Positions 41,122 to 53,275 of a stretch of DNA of 64,000 bases are shown here, piece after piece (the first letter of the stretch is position 1; each line of letters starts with the position of its first letter). The stretch is taken from positions 11,222,001-11,286,000 of the forward strand of contig NC_042999.1 in the NCBI RefSeq assembly GCF_006345805.1, given 5' to 3'. This stretch comes from Octopus sinensis. Lineage: Eukaryota. The notes beneath the pieces were generated by a model that searched no databases, had not been told where the DNA came from, and worked only from the letters and a program-made list of their open reading frames with translations. The position numbers were made by a program, and so were the translations under genes.

Positions 41122-43762
41122 GTAACACCTACAACATACGCTTTCGTTATCTCAATTTAAGGGGCTGGGGTTTATTGATTTTTATTGGTAATTCACCCAC
41201 CCACCCACCCCATTTAATTTCACATGTAACACATTTTGGATATCATTTCAGTTAAGTTTCTTTCTGTATTGCATTTTACCCCCTCCTGGGACCTGGCTGT
41301 CATAGGACCAAATTTTATAGCAATATTTTACACACCCTCTTCGGACCCGATCATCACAGGATCTTCTGTCACAGTGTGTTTGATAATAAACCTGCCTTTA
41401 CAGCCAGGTTTATAACCCCCACACACACACACACAAAATGTCAGTGCCAAGTGGATAATCTTTTTTAATCCCACATTTCTTGTAACTGAGACTTCCATTT
41501 CTTTGCTTCACTTCATAGATTGAGACGAAGTTTACATATTTACGGCTGGTTTTCTTGCACAATGTCCTTGTCGTGTCTGCTGCTGCTGCCTTCCCCTATC
41601 CTCCACCCCCACCCAACCACTAGGCTCACCTCCCTTCTCCTGCACACACCCACACCCTATTCTTACCATCATCCCTCCCCTCCACCACACACACATCTAC
41701 CATTGATCATTTCATCCTTTAGCATTTAAACCAGCCATATTCATCATCATCATCATTTAACGTCCGTTCTCCATGCTGGCATGGGTTGGACGGTTTGACC
41801 AGGGTCTAGGAAGCCAGGATGCTGCACCAGGCTCCAGTCTGATCTGGCAGTGTTTCTACAGCTGGATGCCCTTCCTAACGCCAACCACTCCATGAGTGTA
41901 GTGGGTGCTTTTTACGTGCCAGGAGAGGCTGGCAACGGCCACGATTGGTTGGTGCTTTTTACATGCCACCAGCACGGAAGCGAGCCCAGGTGGCGCTAGC
42001 ATCGGCCACGTACGGATGGTGCTTTTTTAGGTGCCAGGGTAGGCTGGCAATGGCCATGATTAGAACCAAATATTCTATTTTGTGTTCAAGCCAGCCAGAT
42101 CCCACCTCTCACACCTACCCTACAATGTCATTCTAAGAATAAAACAATTACAAGATAATGCAGGATCATTTCAAAACATTGCATTTGGTAGCGGAATCTG
42201 AACGCCAGAGTTCAATCCCTCTTTCATTCTCCTTGAAGCCAATCCTTCTTCACCCAAACATTCATCCCTCCATCGCTCACCTGTCTTCTAAATGATTCTG
42301 TTGCTGTAAATCATGAAAGCACAACCTCTTACTATAGACTCTATCGCCATCCCTGCACTGCATCCATCCATTCCCTGCCCCCCCCCCCGTCCCTTCCAAC
42401 CTTGCCCACCTTTCCTGATTCTTCTGCCTCCACACACTTTTTTCTGCTCCACTTCTTGAGTATGTCACCTTCATGGTATGATGCCCTACTCGCTCCTCTC
42501 TTTCTGGGCCACTCCAGCCACCCGTGTAAGTTGCTAAGTCTCTCCTCCATCGCCTGCTCCACCCCTCACACAAGCCAACCACACTCTTTACTTCCACAAA
42601 CGACAATCCAACCTCACTAGTGCTGCTGCTGCTGCAACAGGAAAATGCTTTCAGTGTTTGGCTGTGAGGGGGGCAATGACAGTGGAAATGTCTGATGGGC
42701 GTTCCAGTGTGGAACCCTTGTTTTATTCAGAATGGGAGGACTGTCCATAGACATGCAACCAGGTGAATACCCCCCTCTCAGTCACCATGTCTTCACTGTA
42801 TCGCTTCTCTGCTCATTGACACACTAAGCCTTCAACATGGAGCAACTGTCAGGATAGAAGCCCACAAAATTGTCCACCATCTTTTCAATAACATCCTCAT
42901 AAATTTTTTTTTTTTAAATCTGCAGCATCCATGATTTTCAGAAACATTTTCCACATAAATTGTCGAAGTATGGAATAAACTTTATCAGCCATTAGCTGTC
43001 AGGACACTGCATCCTTCAAAAATCCCATGCTTCCCAAAATTCACCAACATTATTCCTGACATGCCCATCCACCCTTTCATCTTTAGGACTCTTTTCATGT
43101 CCACTTTTATCTGTTTTTATGTTTTATTCTGTCTACAGTAAACGTACTTCTAGTTTTCATTTCCATTTCCTTTCTTAAATGTTGGCTTTCTGTCATCTCT
43201 TTAACCTTTTCTGATCAGTTGTAACACACCTGAGCACTAAAGATGCACTAAAGATTATTATAAGTTATTCACTGGTTGGGTTTGGGTTGGCAAGGTAGGA
43301 GTGTCAGTGTGGAGAACAATCAACAAGTAAATATAAAACATCCAGTCCACTCTGCTGAGTGGTTGGCATTTGGAAGGGCACCCAGCTGTAAAAACCTTGC
43401 TGAAACTGACCTCACCTGTGCTTGTGCCAAGTAAAAAGCACCAAGTCCACTCTGCTGAGTGGTTGGCATTTGGAAGGGCACCCGGCTGTAAAAATCCTGC
43501 CAAAACAGTCAGAAAAGTCTGCTGCAGGCTTCTGCGTGGGTGGTTCTTGTCAAACCCACCCACCCATGGCAGGTGGACATTAAACAATGATTACAACCAA
43601 AAGTATTGTTAGAAATGTCTTGACTGGATGTGTTCAGGAGGATTTGTGTCTGCTGAGGACAGAAGGATTTTCCATTCTAGAAAAATCTGAACCCAACCCA
43701 ACTTCTCCATGTTTTTTTCTTATGTTTTTTTTCTCTTCCTTTTCTTGTTTTGTTTGTTGTAG

Positions 43763-43960
43763 CAACAACACCTCATTGAACTGATCCGTGACAAAGACGT
43801 GGAAGCGGTCCTAGAATATGCCCAAAACCATCTGGCAGAACGTGGAGAAGAGAATCCAGAAATCTTATCAGAATTAGAAAGGACTTTAGCTCTTCTGGCA
43901 TTTGAAGACCCAGAGAATTCTCCATTCGGAGAGTTACTCCATCCGTCTCAAAGACAAAAG
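43763..43960 (+). CDS. GID8: GID8 coding exon 3 ([66 protein letters not shown]), CTLH/CRA
   Basis: Acceptor tttgttgtag|, donor caaaag|gttcgt. 198 nt, phase 0/0. Matches the recalled GID8 motifs QQHLIELIR and ERTLALLAF. Confidence 0.97.
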
Positions 43961-45523
43961 GTTCGTTATTGAAAATTAAAAATACTTTATTTTTGCAATT
44001 AAAGAAAAACATTTTTTGTCTGGTTGGATTCTGAGGAAAAAATGAATTTTGGTTATTTTTCAATTATAATCATTGTTCCCTTCTAATGTAAGCTGCTTTC
44101 TGACTAGAGGGGGGGGGGCTTGCTTTGCCTGTTTAAAACTTTATTTTTTAGAGAAAAAGTGGGTCGGGAAAAACTTGTCAGATGGTTGAAGGTTTCCTAA
44201 ACTGTTTAAAGTTGCATTTCAGCAGCACCATTATCATCGTTTAACATCCGCCCTCCATGCTGGCAGATATTATTTAGGGATAGGGAGGGGGGGGGGGGGT
44301 TAAAAATGATTTGGAAAGAATTTAGGAAGTTAAATGAAGGTTTTCTGGAGTGGAAAATGTTCTTAATTGTAGAGCGAAGGGAGACAACTTAGTTTTGGCT
44401 GAAGGAATTCTTATTGTTTTAGAGGAGAGATTATTGCAGTATGTTTCTTTAGAAATGGCAGCAAAGAAGGCTTTGAGAAGAATTCACAATTGTTTGAAAT
44501 CATCATCATCATCATTGTTTAAGGTCCGTTTTCCATGCTGGCATGGGTTGGACAGAGATATGTAATACTTTTAATTCAGACTGACCCTCTTCATTGAACC
44601 CCCATCTTTGTAAGACAGTTCAACAAGTTCTGATGAGCCAGAAGACCCCAATTGAGCTCCAATTTCTGCTTTGGCTGGATTTCTTTGGCTAGAAGCCCTT
44701 CCTAACACTTGAGTGTAACGGGTGCTTTTTACGTAACACTGACACTAGTGGGGTCACCAGATAACCCACCCCCTCGACTGTGTGGCTGTGTCGTGCTTTT
44801 TCTTTCCATCCATCTCTTCTCGTTATTGAGGCAAATTGTCCAAGTACCAGAGCACGAAATTTCATTCTATATTGAAACTCTGTGGTGAGTTATTTTAATC
44901 CAGCCAGGCCCTCCACTAATTTCTGTCCTTATACTGTTCTCAGGATCATTATTTTCCAACATAAACCAATTCCATGAGTATCTTTACAACTGGACATTGT
45001 CCCTTCATGGGAATCACATTTTCAGTTCGATTAAAGCAACTGAAATATATTTTGATAAAACAACTCAAACTCCTGGTGTTTATTAATACTAATTGCTAAT
45101 TAACACATTTAATGCTTTCGCCAATGATTATGTAAACACTGACTTGGATTAATTCAGAGAAAAATTGCACACAAAAAAAATTGGGAGCTGTTTTACTTTA
45201 CCTCCTCCTATAAATATTTCTTCCCCCATCACTTCTACTCACCCTATACCTTAAGGTTCCACTATTTTAACTCTTTCCAGCTTCCTTTCAGTCTCTCTTC
45301 TGTAAAAGGAGTTGCTGTGAGCCTCTTTCCTTTCTACTCTTGCCCACCTCAGTTGAAGGAGTTCTTAGTTTTGCAAGCTGTATGGTAACTTCACTCGTGC
45401 TGCCGGCATGAAACGGTACCCAGAACATGCTCTGGGGTAGTTTGGTGTTAAGGCATCCTGCTGCAGAAGTCAGACCAAAGCAAACGTTGACACACAAATC
45501 GACCCATCAAGCCGTGTCAAATA

Positions 45524-45965
45524 TACAAGGGTGAGTCAAAAAGTAATGCCATTTTGTTTAGGACAGGTAGAATTACTAACACAGGAACATGTATTGTACA
45601 TCAAAATGAAGCTGGTCCTCAGTGGATCACATCCCTACTTCTCAACATAGTCACTGTTTCTCTCAATAGCAATGTTCCACCTTCGAATGAGAGCATGTAT
45701 CCCTACCCTGTAAAATTCTGTTGACTGTTCTTTGAGCCACTTCTTCACTGCAAAGTCAAAGAGACAGCAGCACCTTCTTTTGAAGGCCCGTAACAGGTGA
45801 TGAAACATGGGTTCATCATTATGAACCGGAATCAAAGAGGCAGTCAATGGAGTGGCACCACCACCGTGTTCAAGATGCAAAAGTCAGCTGGAAATATCAT
45901 GGCAACTGTCTTTTGGGATGCTCAAGGTATCATTCTGGTCGATTTCTTGCCAAAAGGGAAAACAA
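45524..45965. mobile_element. Rearranged mariner fossil: 3' end + TIR on minus, fused to a first-Asp catalytic segment on plus
   Basis: TIR tacaagggtgagtcaaaaagtaatgcc at 45524. Minus-strand VKKWLKEQSTEFYRVGIHALIRRWNIAIERNSDYVEK*. Plus-strand VTGDETWVHHYEPESKRQSMEW from 45790, then SAGNIMATVFWDAQGIILVDFLPKG. Confidence 0.85.
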
Positions 45966-46900
45966 TAAACTCATAATAAGCTTCACTTTGATGTATGATA
46001 CATGTTGCTGTGTCTCAAACAAAATGGCATTTCTTTTTGACTCCCCTCCTATCGTCTTACCCGTACCAACATGGGAAATGGATGTTAAATAATGATGCAG
46101 TGATCTTTAATTATGTTGCCATTAATTTAAACTTATATATCACTAATAACTTAATGCCTGTATAACATGGGTCAGATAGGGGCCAAGGATGTGCATTGGG
46201 GTTCAGTGTCCGCTCTGGCTGGATGCCCTTCCTAATGTCAACTACTTTACAGAAAGTATTGGATATGCTTTTTCCCGGCACCGGTTCTTGTGAAGTTAGC
46301 AAATAATCAGAAAGACAAAACCTGTTGACAGGGTGCAGTGGGTGGCTTTGTGCCAAGTGTTGAGGGGCCAAAGTAGGAAAGAGGAGCAGGAACAGGTGTC
46401 TTGTTGTAGAGGAGACGTATGTGTACCCCAGCAGGGAAGGGAGAAAAGGGACAGAAAGAAAGATGGATGGGAAGAGGCACAATCAAGAGATGCAGTGAAG
46501 AGTGGACATGGCTGGAGGCTTGGACAGTTTAGGGGAATATAAAGGAAAATAGTTGTGGGTCAGGGATATGCCACGCCCCATTCTCTGAGAGGATCTTTGT
46601 CTTGCCAGTCCATTGTGTAATGTGTTTGGCATTAGGAAGGACGTCTAACCATAAAAACAAATGTGGGACCTTGGTGCAGTCCTTTGGCAGTTCCTATCAA
46701 ACTGTCCAACCCATGCCAGCATGGACAAACGTTAAATGATGATGACGATGACAATAAATTACATTGAAAAGACCCGTTTTTTGGGAAAGTTTAAATTCTT
46801 TCACACAAAACTCTGCTAAAGCAGACCATGTTGTTGTACAGATTGTAATAATTGTATGGGGTTGTTTACCTTTTGCTAAGACTCGTTTGTTTAATTGCAG

Positions 46901-47065
46901 GTTGCCAGTGAGCTTAACGCTGCCATTTTGGATGTTGATTCCACCCCTAAACTTGCAAATCTTCTCAAGTTATTGTTATGGGCCCAAGAGGAATTAGACA
47001 AGAAGAAAGTGAAATATCCGAAACTGGTTGATTTGGCCAAAGGAGAGATTGACTTCCCAAAATAA
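46901..47065 (+). CDS. GID8: GID8 last coding exon ([54 protein letters not shown]), CRA domain
   Basis: Acceptor ttaattgcag|, TAA at 47063-47065. Total CDS 681 nt = 226 aa. AATAAA at 47144 and 47387 are candidate poly(A) signals. Confidence 0.96.
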   Translation, partial: VASELNAAILDVDSTPKLANLLKLLLWAQEELDKKKVKYPKLVDLAKGEIDFPK

Positions 47066-48069
47066 TTGATTTCTTGGGGGTTTCTTTTTTTTTGTTTGGT
47101 CTATCCAGGAAAAAAAAGAAAGAAAGAAAGAAACGACTATCTGAATAAACTGATATTTAGAAGAACTAATTTTGGGGGCATCGAGTGAGACCCAATCAGT
47201 TGGAAGTTGGCGGGCTTTACCATTTGTTTCCAAACCAGATTTGGTAAATATTTATGGTTTATTGTATATTGACATTTCTTTAAATATTTGTTGCTATGAC
47301 AACAGCAAATTTCAGTTGTTTTCTAATAAGGACTTCTGGAAACTTTAACTGCACACTTCATGTGACTCTCTTTTCACCCATCAAACAATAAAAAAAGTTT
47401 TTTTTTTGTTATTTAACTTATTTTAAACCAAAATCTTCGTTTGTTTATTGCTTCTAAACTACTCTCTCCAAATTTGGTTTTATTCTCAGACACAAGACCT
47501 GTTAACCTTTTGCTTAGAATATTGGTGAATTCCTTCCATGTTAGCGTCTTTTCGACAGCCCAACGTTTCTCTTTTCCTTCCCCGTCACCAAAACATTCTT
47601 CTTCTTCCACAGTGCCAGAACCGATTTCTTTCTATCCAGAACCAAAGCAGTCATTTCCCCTTGAACACATCTTCGTCTGCTTTTCATATTCCAACCATTT
47701 TTGTTTTGCCAACTCATTCCTCACTAAATGTTTGTCTACCTTTCATCTGGTCCATTTTTGCCTTTGACCAATTTAACAAATCACCAGTGACAAACTGACC
47801 CCTAATATTCCATCTCCCCACAAACCCTGCCATCATTGATACAATTCAATTCTAAACTTCTAGCTTTTTATTTTTAACAGAAAAGCAAAAAATATTCCAG
47901 TAAACTCACAAACAAAACACAAGGTAAAAGCTTTCTGCTCTAGGCACAAAGGCTGAAATTTGGGGGAGGCATTAACCCTGTTCAACTGCTCCTTTATTTT
48001 ATTGAATCCCCCCAAAGGATGAAAAGCAACATGCTCCTTTGATGGCATTTGAACTCAGAAATCCAGAAG

Positions 48070-48243
48070 AAATTAAAAATATCCTTTACACCCCTCCTGC
48101 ACAAATTTTTCCAAGTTTTGACACTTTAGAGACATCAATCAAATCTTCTGAATCTGGACCAAGACTCATAAGATCTGATGTCTCTAAAGTGTCAAAACTT
48201 GGAAAAATTTGTGCAGGAGGGGTGTAAAGGATATTTTTAATTT
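48070..48243. mobile_element. Perfect 68 bp inverted repeat (MITE-like, TTAA-flanked)
   Basis: Arms 48070-48137 and 48176-48243 are exact reverse complements, with a 38 nt loop. Confidence 0.85.
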
Positions 48244-49507
48244 TTTTTTTTTTAAATAATTCTTTCTTGAATTTCCCCCTTTCTCTTATTAATTGATATA
48301 CACTGGGCAGAGACATTTGCAGTTTCAGGTCTTCTTTTATTTCTTTCAGCCAATTAACCAAGGCCATGCTGGGGCAGTGCTTTCAAGGGTTTAGTCGAAG
48401 AAATTGACCCCAGGACTTTTTTCTTTAAAGTTTGATAATTACCCTATTAGCCTCTTGCTGAAGAACTGTTACGTTACAGGGATGTGAACAAACCAACACC
48501 AATTGTCAAGCTATACCAGGGACAAACTGATATTGTTGCAAGTCTGTGTTTGTCCCCCTAGCATTGCTTGACAACCGATGCTGGTGTGTTTACGTCCCCG
48601 TCACTTAGCGGTTCGGCAAAAGAGACCGATAGAATAAATACTGGGCTTACAAAGAATAAGCCCTTTGCTCGGCTAAAGGTGGTGCTCCAGCATGGCCGCA
48701 GTCAAATGACTGAAACAAGTAAAAGAGAGATTAAATTGGTGTGTTTAGGACATAAAAATTTCACTTTATGTTCATTTTAAAACAAGATGGCGTCAGACAG
48801 GCTGCCTAAAAAAAAAAAGTTGAATTTCTTGTTTAAATGGTATTAAAAGGATTTTCAAGTGTATCTACAAAATCTTAAATATCTTTCACAAATATGATGG
48901 GGGCAGCATCTCTGAATAACCTAGAATTAATGTTGCAGATTTAGAATTTGAATAGAATTGTGGTGATGCTGACAGTTCAATTATTCTGTGTTGTCGATGT
49001 TGAACTGAACCGGAACGCTGGGCCAATTGTCTGTCTCGAAAGAAATGTGAAATACCAAACAAGCAGTTTTAAAAACAATTTTATTGTTAAATAAAAATGT
49101 CAAACATTGATTTCTGTAAATTTTCTTCCTTTAGATGTAATGGATAAGAAATAACATTGCTCTCATAAGACAGCTGTTGTTGTTTGCTTCATATTGGACA
49201 GACCCTGGTTTCAGATATCCACAACAGGGTTAAGGCAGGGTTCTAAATTTAGTCGTTTATTTTTTCCTTTTAAATCAATGTTTATAAACCATTATGACTG
49301 AAACAAACCAACAACAAATCTTTGTTTTACAGCCAAAATATTTCAACAACAAAAGGGGTGGAAAAAAAAAATAAAAAGGGTATTAAAAGTTATAAAATTG
49401 GTTGAGTTATTGTTAATAAATTTAATATTTCAACTGGAATGTCGAAAAGGAATTTTCAAGGAGTTGCTCCTCATAAAAATTGAGGTATTCTACAAAACGT
49501 AATACTT

Positions 49508-49603
49508 TTAGCCCTGCAAAACTGCATTAAAACATTGGTTCTCAGAACCTTCGGACAAACACATCACATGATTCAATGGATGTTTGGAATCTTTCAGATA
49601 ATT
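49508..49603 (-). CDS. Gelsolin-like terminal exon (NYLKDSKHPLNHVMCLSEGSENQCFNAVLQG*)
   Basis: Acceptor tatattttccag|, TAA at 49508-49510. The stop right after G3 indicates a three-domain (severin/fragmin-size) protein. The 8 exons sum to 825 nt in one frame. Confidence 0.93.
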   Translation of the reverse strand, partial: NYLKDSKHPLNHVMCLSEGSENQCFNAVLQG

Positions 49604-50593
49604 CTGGAAAATATAAAAATAGAAGTATGTATAGTTTTGGTTACAAGGGATCCTATAAAGAATCAAGGCATATCAAACCGAAGCACCCCACTAATTGGTT
49701 AGGCAGAATCATTACCATTTTATATTTTTGAAATGAAGGAATTATGGACAGGACAGGTGCCCTCACCTTGTTTGTTGTTACATTTTGGCTGGTGTACTCT
49801 CCAGCCTTCAATCAGGTGTCCTGCTGGAATTTTGAACCCAACCCTTTCACTAATTGGGGTACACTGTTCTCATTCCTAAGGTATTCTTTTTTTTTGCTGA
49901 TGTTATTTTTTTCTGTTGATATTATTTCCCAAATCCCTGCCTGGGTATCCAAGGGTTAGTTGCCCACACTCTTATCCACTACATTATGTACCTGTAGGCA
50001 ATTATAGATAAAATATCTTAGGTTTATAAGCCCCAAAGTTGCCTACAGGCATATAGGTTACAAACCCTTGCATTGTGAGTTCAATCCCTGGCAGGGACTT
50101 GAGAAATATACACGCTCACCTACAAAGGCAAGTAGAGGTAGCTCTTAGACAAACAGAGCAGCATTGGCCATACTCAAATGGTGCCTTTTGAATGCTGGTG
50201 TCAAGTGGCACACACACACACGTTTCTTTCCATCTCACAAGGCTGGTCAGCCCAGAAGCAGAAGACACTCAAAGTGAAAGTGGTTTGCACTGCCTGGCTG
50301 TGTGGTTAAGAGCCTTGCTTTGCAGCCACATAGTTTCAGGTTCATTCCCACAGTATGCCACCTTCAGCAAGCATCTTTTGTTTTAGCCCCAGGCTGACCA
50401 ACACCATGTGAGTGACTTTGGTTGGTAGATGATGTGTGAAAGCCTATCACGTGTGTGTGTTTCCCTTCTTCCAACACCTTGACAACCTATGCTGGTTTGT
50501 TTATGTCCCTTAACTTAGTGTGGGAAAAGAGACTGATAGAATAACAGACTTCAAGAAACATATAGACCGGGGTCAGTTTGTCCAGCTAAAACC

Positions 50594-51009
50594 TGTAACA
50601 GGATCTGGAATCGGTATCACTGAAGGGGTGTCGATCCGATCCCGTCACATACAATTTAGTTAGATATAACAGACGAAGTCAGGTTATCGGTGAAAGACAG
50701 CAGTTTGTTTATTAATCGCGATGGTGTACGTATATCTGATGGGAAAACGACAGCCGAATCTGTTGTACAGCTTCTTGTTCGTTGGTTGAAGTGGTTTGAT
50801 GTCGTCCGCGGCTAAGTCGGTGTGGTTATCAGAGACTACCAATGCACGTCTGTTCACGATGGCTGAACGGCCAGAGAGAATGAATCGAGTTTAGTGTTCC
50901 TTAGGGGTCAGTTTCCCGCTCATGTGCATGGGGAAGACTTCCGGTGGCCACCCGGAAGTAGTCCCATTCTGCGCATGCGTGCTGAACCTTACACAGTAGC
51001 ATCACTACA
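50594..51009 (-). mobile_element. Young CpG-rich solo LTR (416 bp) with 4 bp TSD AACC, inserted in a SINE tail inside a gelsolin-like intron
   Basis: TGTA...TACA termini, AACC at 50590-93 and 51010-13. Removing it restores the SINE tail ctaaaacccttc. AATAAA on minus at 50709-50714. Confidence 0.8.
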
Positions 51010-51100
51010 AACCCTTCCAAATGGTAACCCCCCCCCCAAACAAAAAAACAAAAACAAAATGCTATGTAAATATTTAAGTGAAAGATGAAAGAGGACTTAC

Positions 51101-51196
51101 GTGAGCATAGGAGAAACCCTTGGCTTTCTCGTTCTTCGATGCATTTTTGCCAATCCAGACAAAACATTCTTTCTTTGTATCAATCAAAAATACATC
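51101..51196 (-). CDS. Gelsolin-like exon (DVFLIDTKKECFVWIGKNASKNEKAKGFSYAH), domain G3
   Basis: Acceptor tttttgtgcag|, donor |gtaagt. 96 nt. DVF.ID....FVWIG motif. Confidence 0.95.
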
Positions 51197-52619
51197 CTGC
51201 ACAAAAAGACAAACAGACAGATATAGAAATCAGTGAGACAAGTCAGGGTGGACGGTTTCCCTACTGTAGAGACACACAGTAGAAACTTGCAGTTCGAGCT
51301 GAGACTTGTGCAAATCTTTGTCTTCAAGTACAAACGGGAATCCACAATACGAGAACAGAAATCGTCCCAGCTTTAAGGTTTATTTCATTTAATAAAACCA
51401 GTTTACATATTTCTTTTGCATTCTTCTCATCATTTCACATCTGCCTTCCATGCTGGCATGGCTGAGACAGTTGAAGAAGAACTGGCCAGGCTTCTGTAAT
51501 TGCCTTGGCAGGATCTTTACAGCTGGATGCCCTTCCTGACACCAACCACTCAGCAGAGTGGGCTGAGTGCTTTTTATGTGGCACAGGCAGAAAAAAATAA
51601 AAAAACAAACTTTCAAGAGGAGAGGAAGTGATAGTGAGGTAGAGAGACTTTGCTGTAGAGGAAGTACAAGGTTACCTGGCTAGAGAGAGAGAGAGAGAGA
51701 GATCAGGAACGAGGAGAGAAACAGGTGTTCTGCTGCAAAGGAGATGCATGGTTCCCCAACCTGAGGGAAGAGCAGGAGGAGAGAGAGAGAGAGAGAGAGA
51801 GAGTGTGTGTGTGGATGAGACAGCAGGATAGAAATGGTGGCAAAATGATGGGCATATTCACAAGGGGTGGGGATCAGAATATAAATAGGATGAGTGAAGG
51901 CAGAGAGAGATATAGATGGTAGCAAGTGCCAGGGCAGAACCTTGAGGAGGTTCGAATGATATAAGTGGCAGGATATTGCGAAATTACATATTTGGGGCAT
52001 TGGTGAGGCCCTTCCTCAGACTCGCATCAAAGCAAGAGGGTAGATACGTATAGAAATAGGAGGGGGAGGACCCAACTGACTTTAGTGTGTGTGGGTTTAT
52101 ATATTACATCAAATGTGTTTTCACCTGCAAAGTCAGTCATTAATCTTGTGACGGTCCTCAACATCTTGACATTTTTAGACTTTTGGCAATATTCTGTGCT
52201 TGAGAAGATCTGTCAAGCCAAGTGAGGTCGTAATTGTGGCCAATGCCAGTGTTTCATATCTGACACCCATGCTGGTGGCATGAAAAAGGCAGCTTTGGGG
52301 TGGTTTCGGAGGGGCATCCAGCTGTAGAAACCTTGCCAGATCAGATTGGAACCTGGTGCAGCTCTTCAGTTTACCAGTTTTTAGTCCAACCGTCCAAGCC
52401 ATGGAAAGCAGCTGGTTATGATGATGATGATGATGATATATTTGCAAGACCCAATAAAATGAAGGTGTTTTAACGACAAGGACACCAAGGTAGAGTCAAG
52501 GACAGTATACCCATGGATCAAGTGTGTGGACAGATACTCTTGTACCTCCTTGAGTCTATGCAAATTTGTCCTCCCAGTTATGCATACATCCACAAGTATG
52601 GACCAAATACATTCAATAT

Positions 52620-53275
52620 ATCCCATATATACTCGAGTATCTGTGAATCTCAGGTGAAAGTCAACCCCCTATTTTTTGCCGAAAAATTGAGAATTTTCCA
52701 TAGACCCTGTATAAAAGTCGACCCTATTATTTCATGAATAGGATAACATTTGTGGGTGAAAATACCGGATTATCCTGTACGTAGAAATAACGCTGATACA
52801 AAATTGTGTGGCTGCCTTACTTTTGGCTGCTCTTTTGGTGGAATGCTTATGGTAAAACACCATTTAATAGCAAACACTAAACGTCTGCTGGTGATGGGTG
52901 CTGCATCACTTTTACTAAAATTTATGCACAGGATATGCTGCAAGCTTGCATGCATCTTGCAGCACAATAAATACGTGTCATTCACAAACAGGGGCTATTA
53001 GCCAACAGCACGGAATTCGTAGCGAGGCAATGACTTCCAGAAGCCTAAAAACGTTTGGTTAATTGCTAGATCAGTGGTTTTTAAACTTTTTTTTTTGTTG
53101 TGAAATCCTTCGACATTAATTTTAAAAACATGGAACCCCTGGGGTTTTGCAGAACACCATTTGGGAATCCCTGCTCCACATTAACAACTCTACACCATAT
53201 TATGGACGTTGCACATGACATCCTGCAACTGTTTTTTTTGAAACGCACCGAGTAAGTTGCACCATATTACGGTAA
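52620..53275. mobile_element. Probable Tc1/pogo-type non-autonomous DNA transposon remnant
   Basis: tatatactcgagtat and ataaaagtcgacc near the left end, tattacggta at the right end. These resemble TACCGTA-type termini. No coding remnant recognised. Confidence 0.35.

Larger units (their letters stand above)
39185..45159. repeat. ~1.17 kb near-identical inverted duplication (39185-40353 vs 43987-45159) flanking GID8 exons 2-3
   Basis: Both ends and several internal blocks compared by eye. Differences seen: C/G at ttcatcgg vs ttcatggg, and three homopolymer-length differences. Confidence 0.95.
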
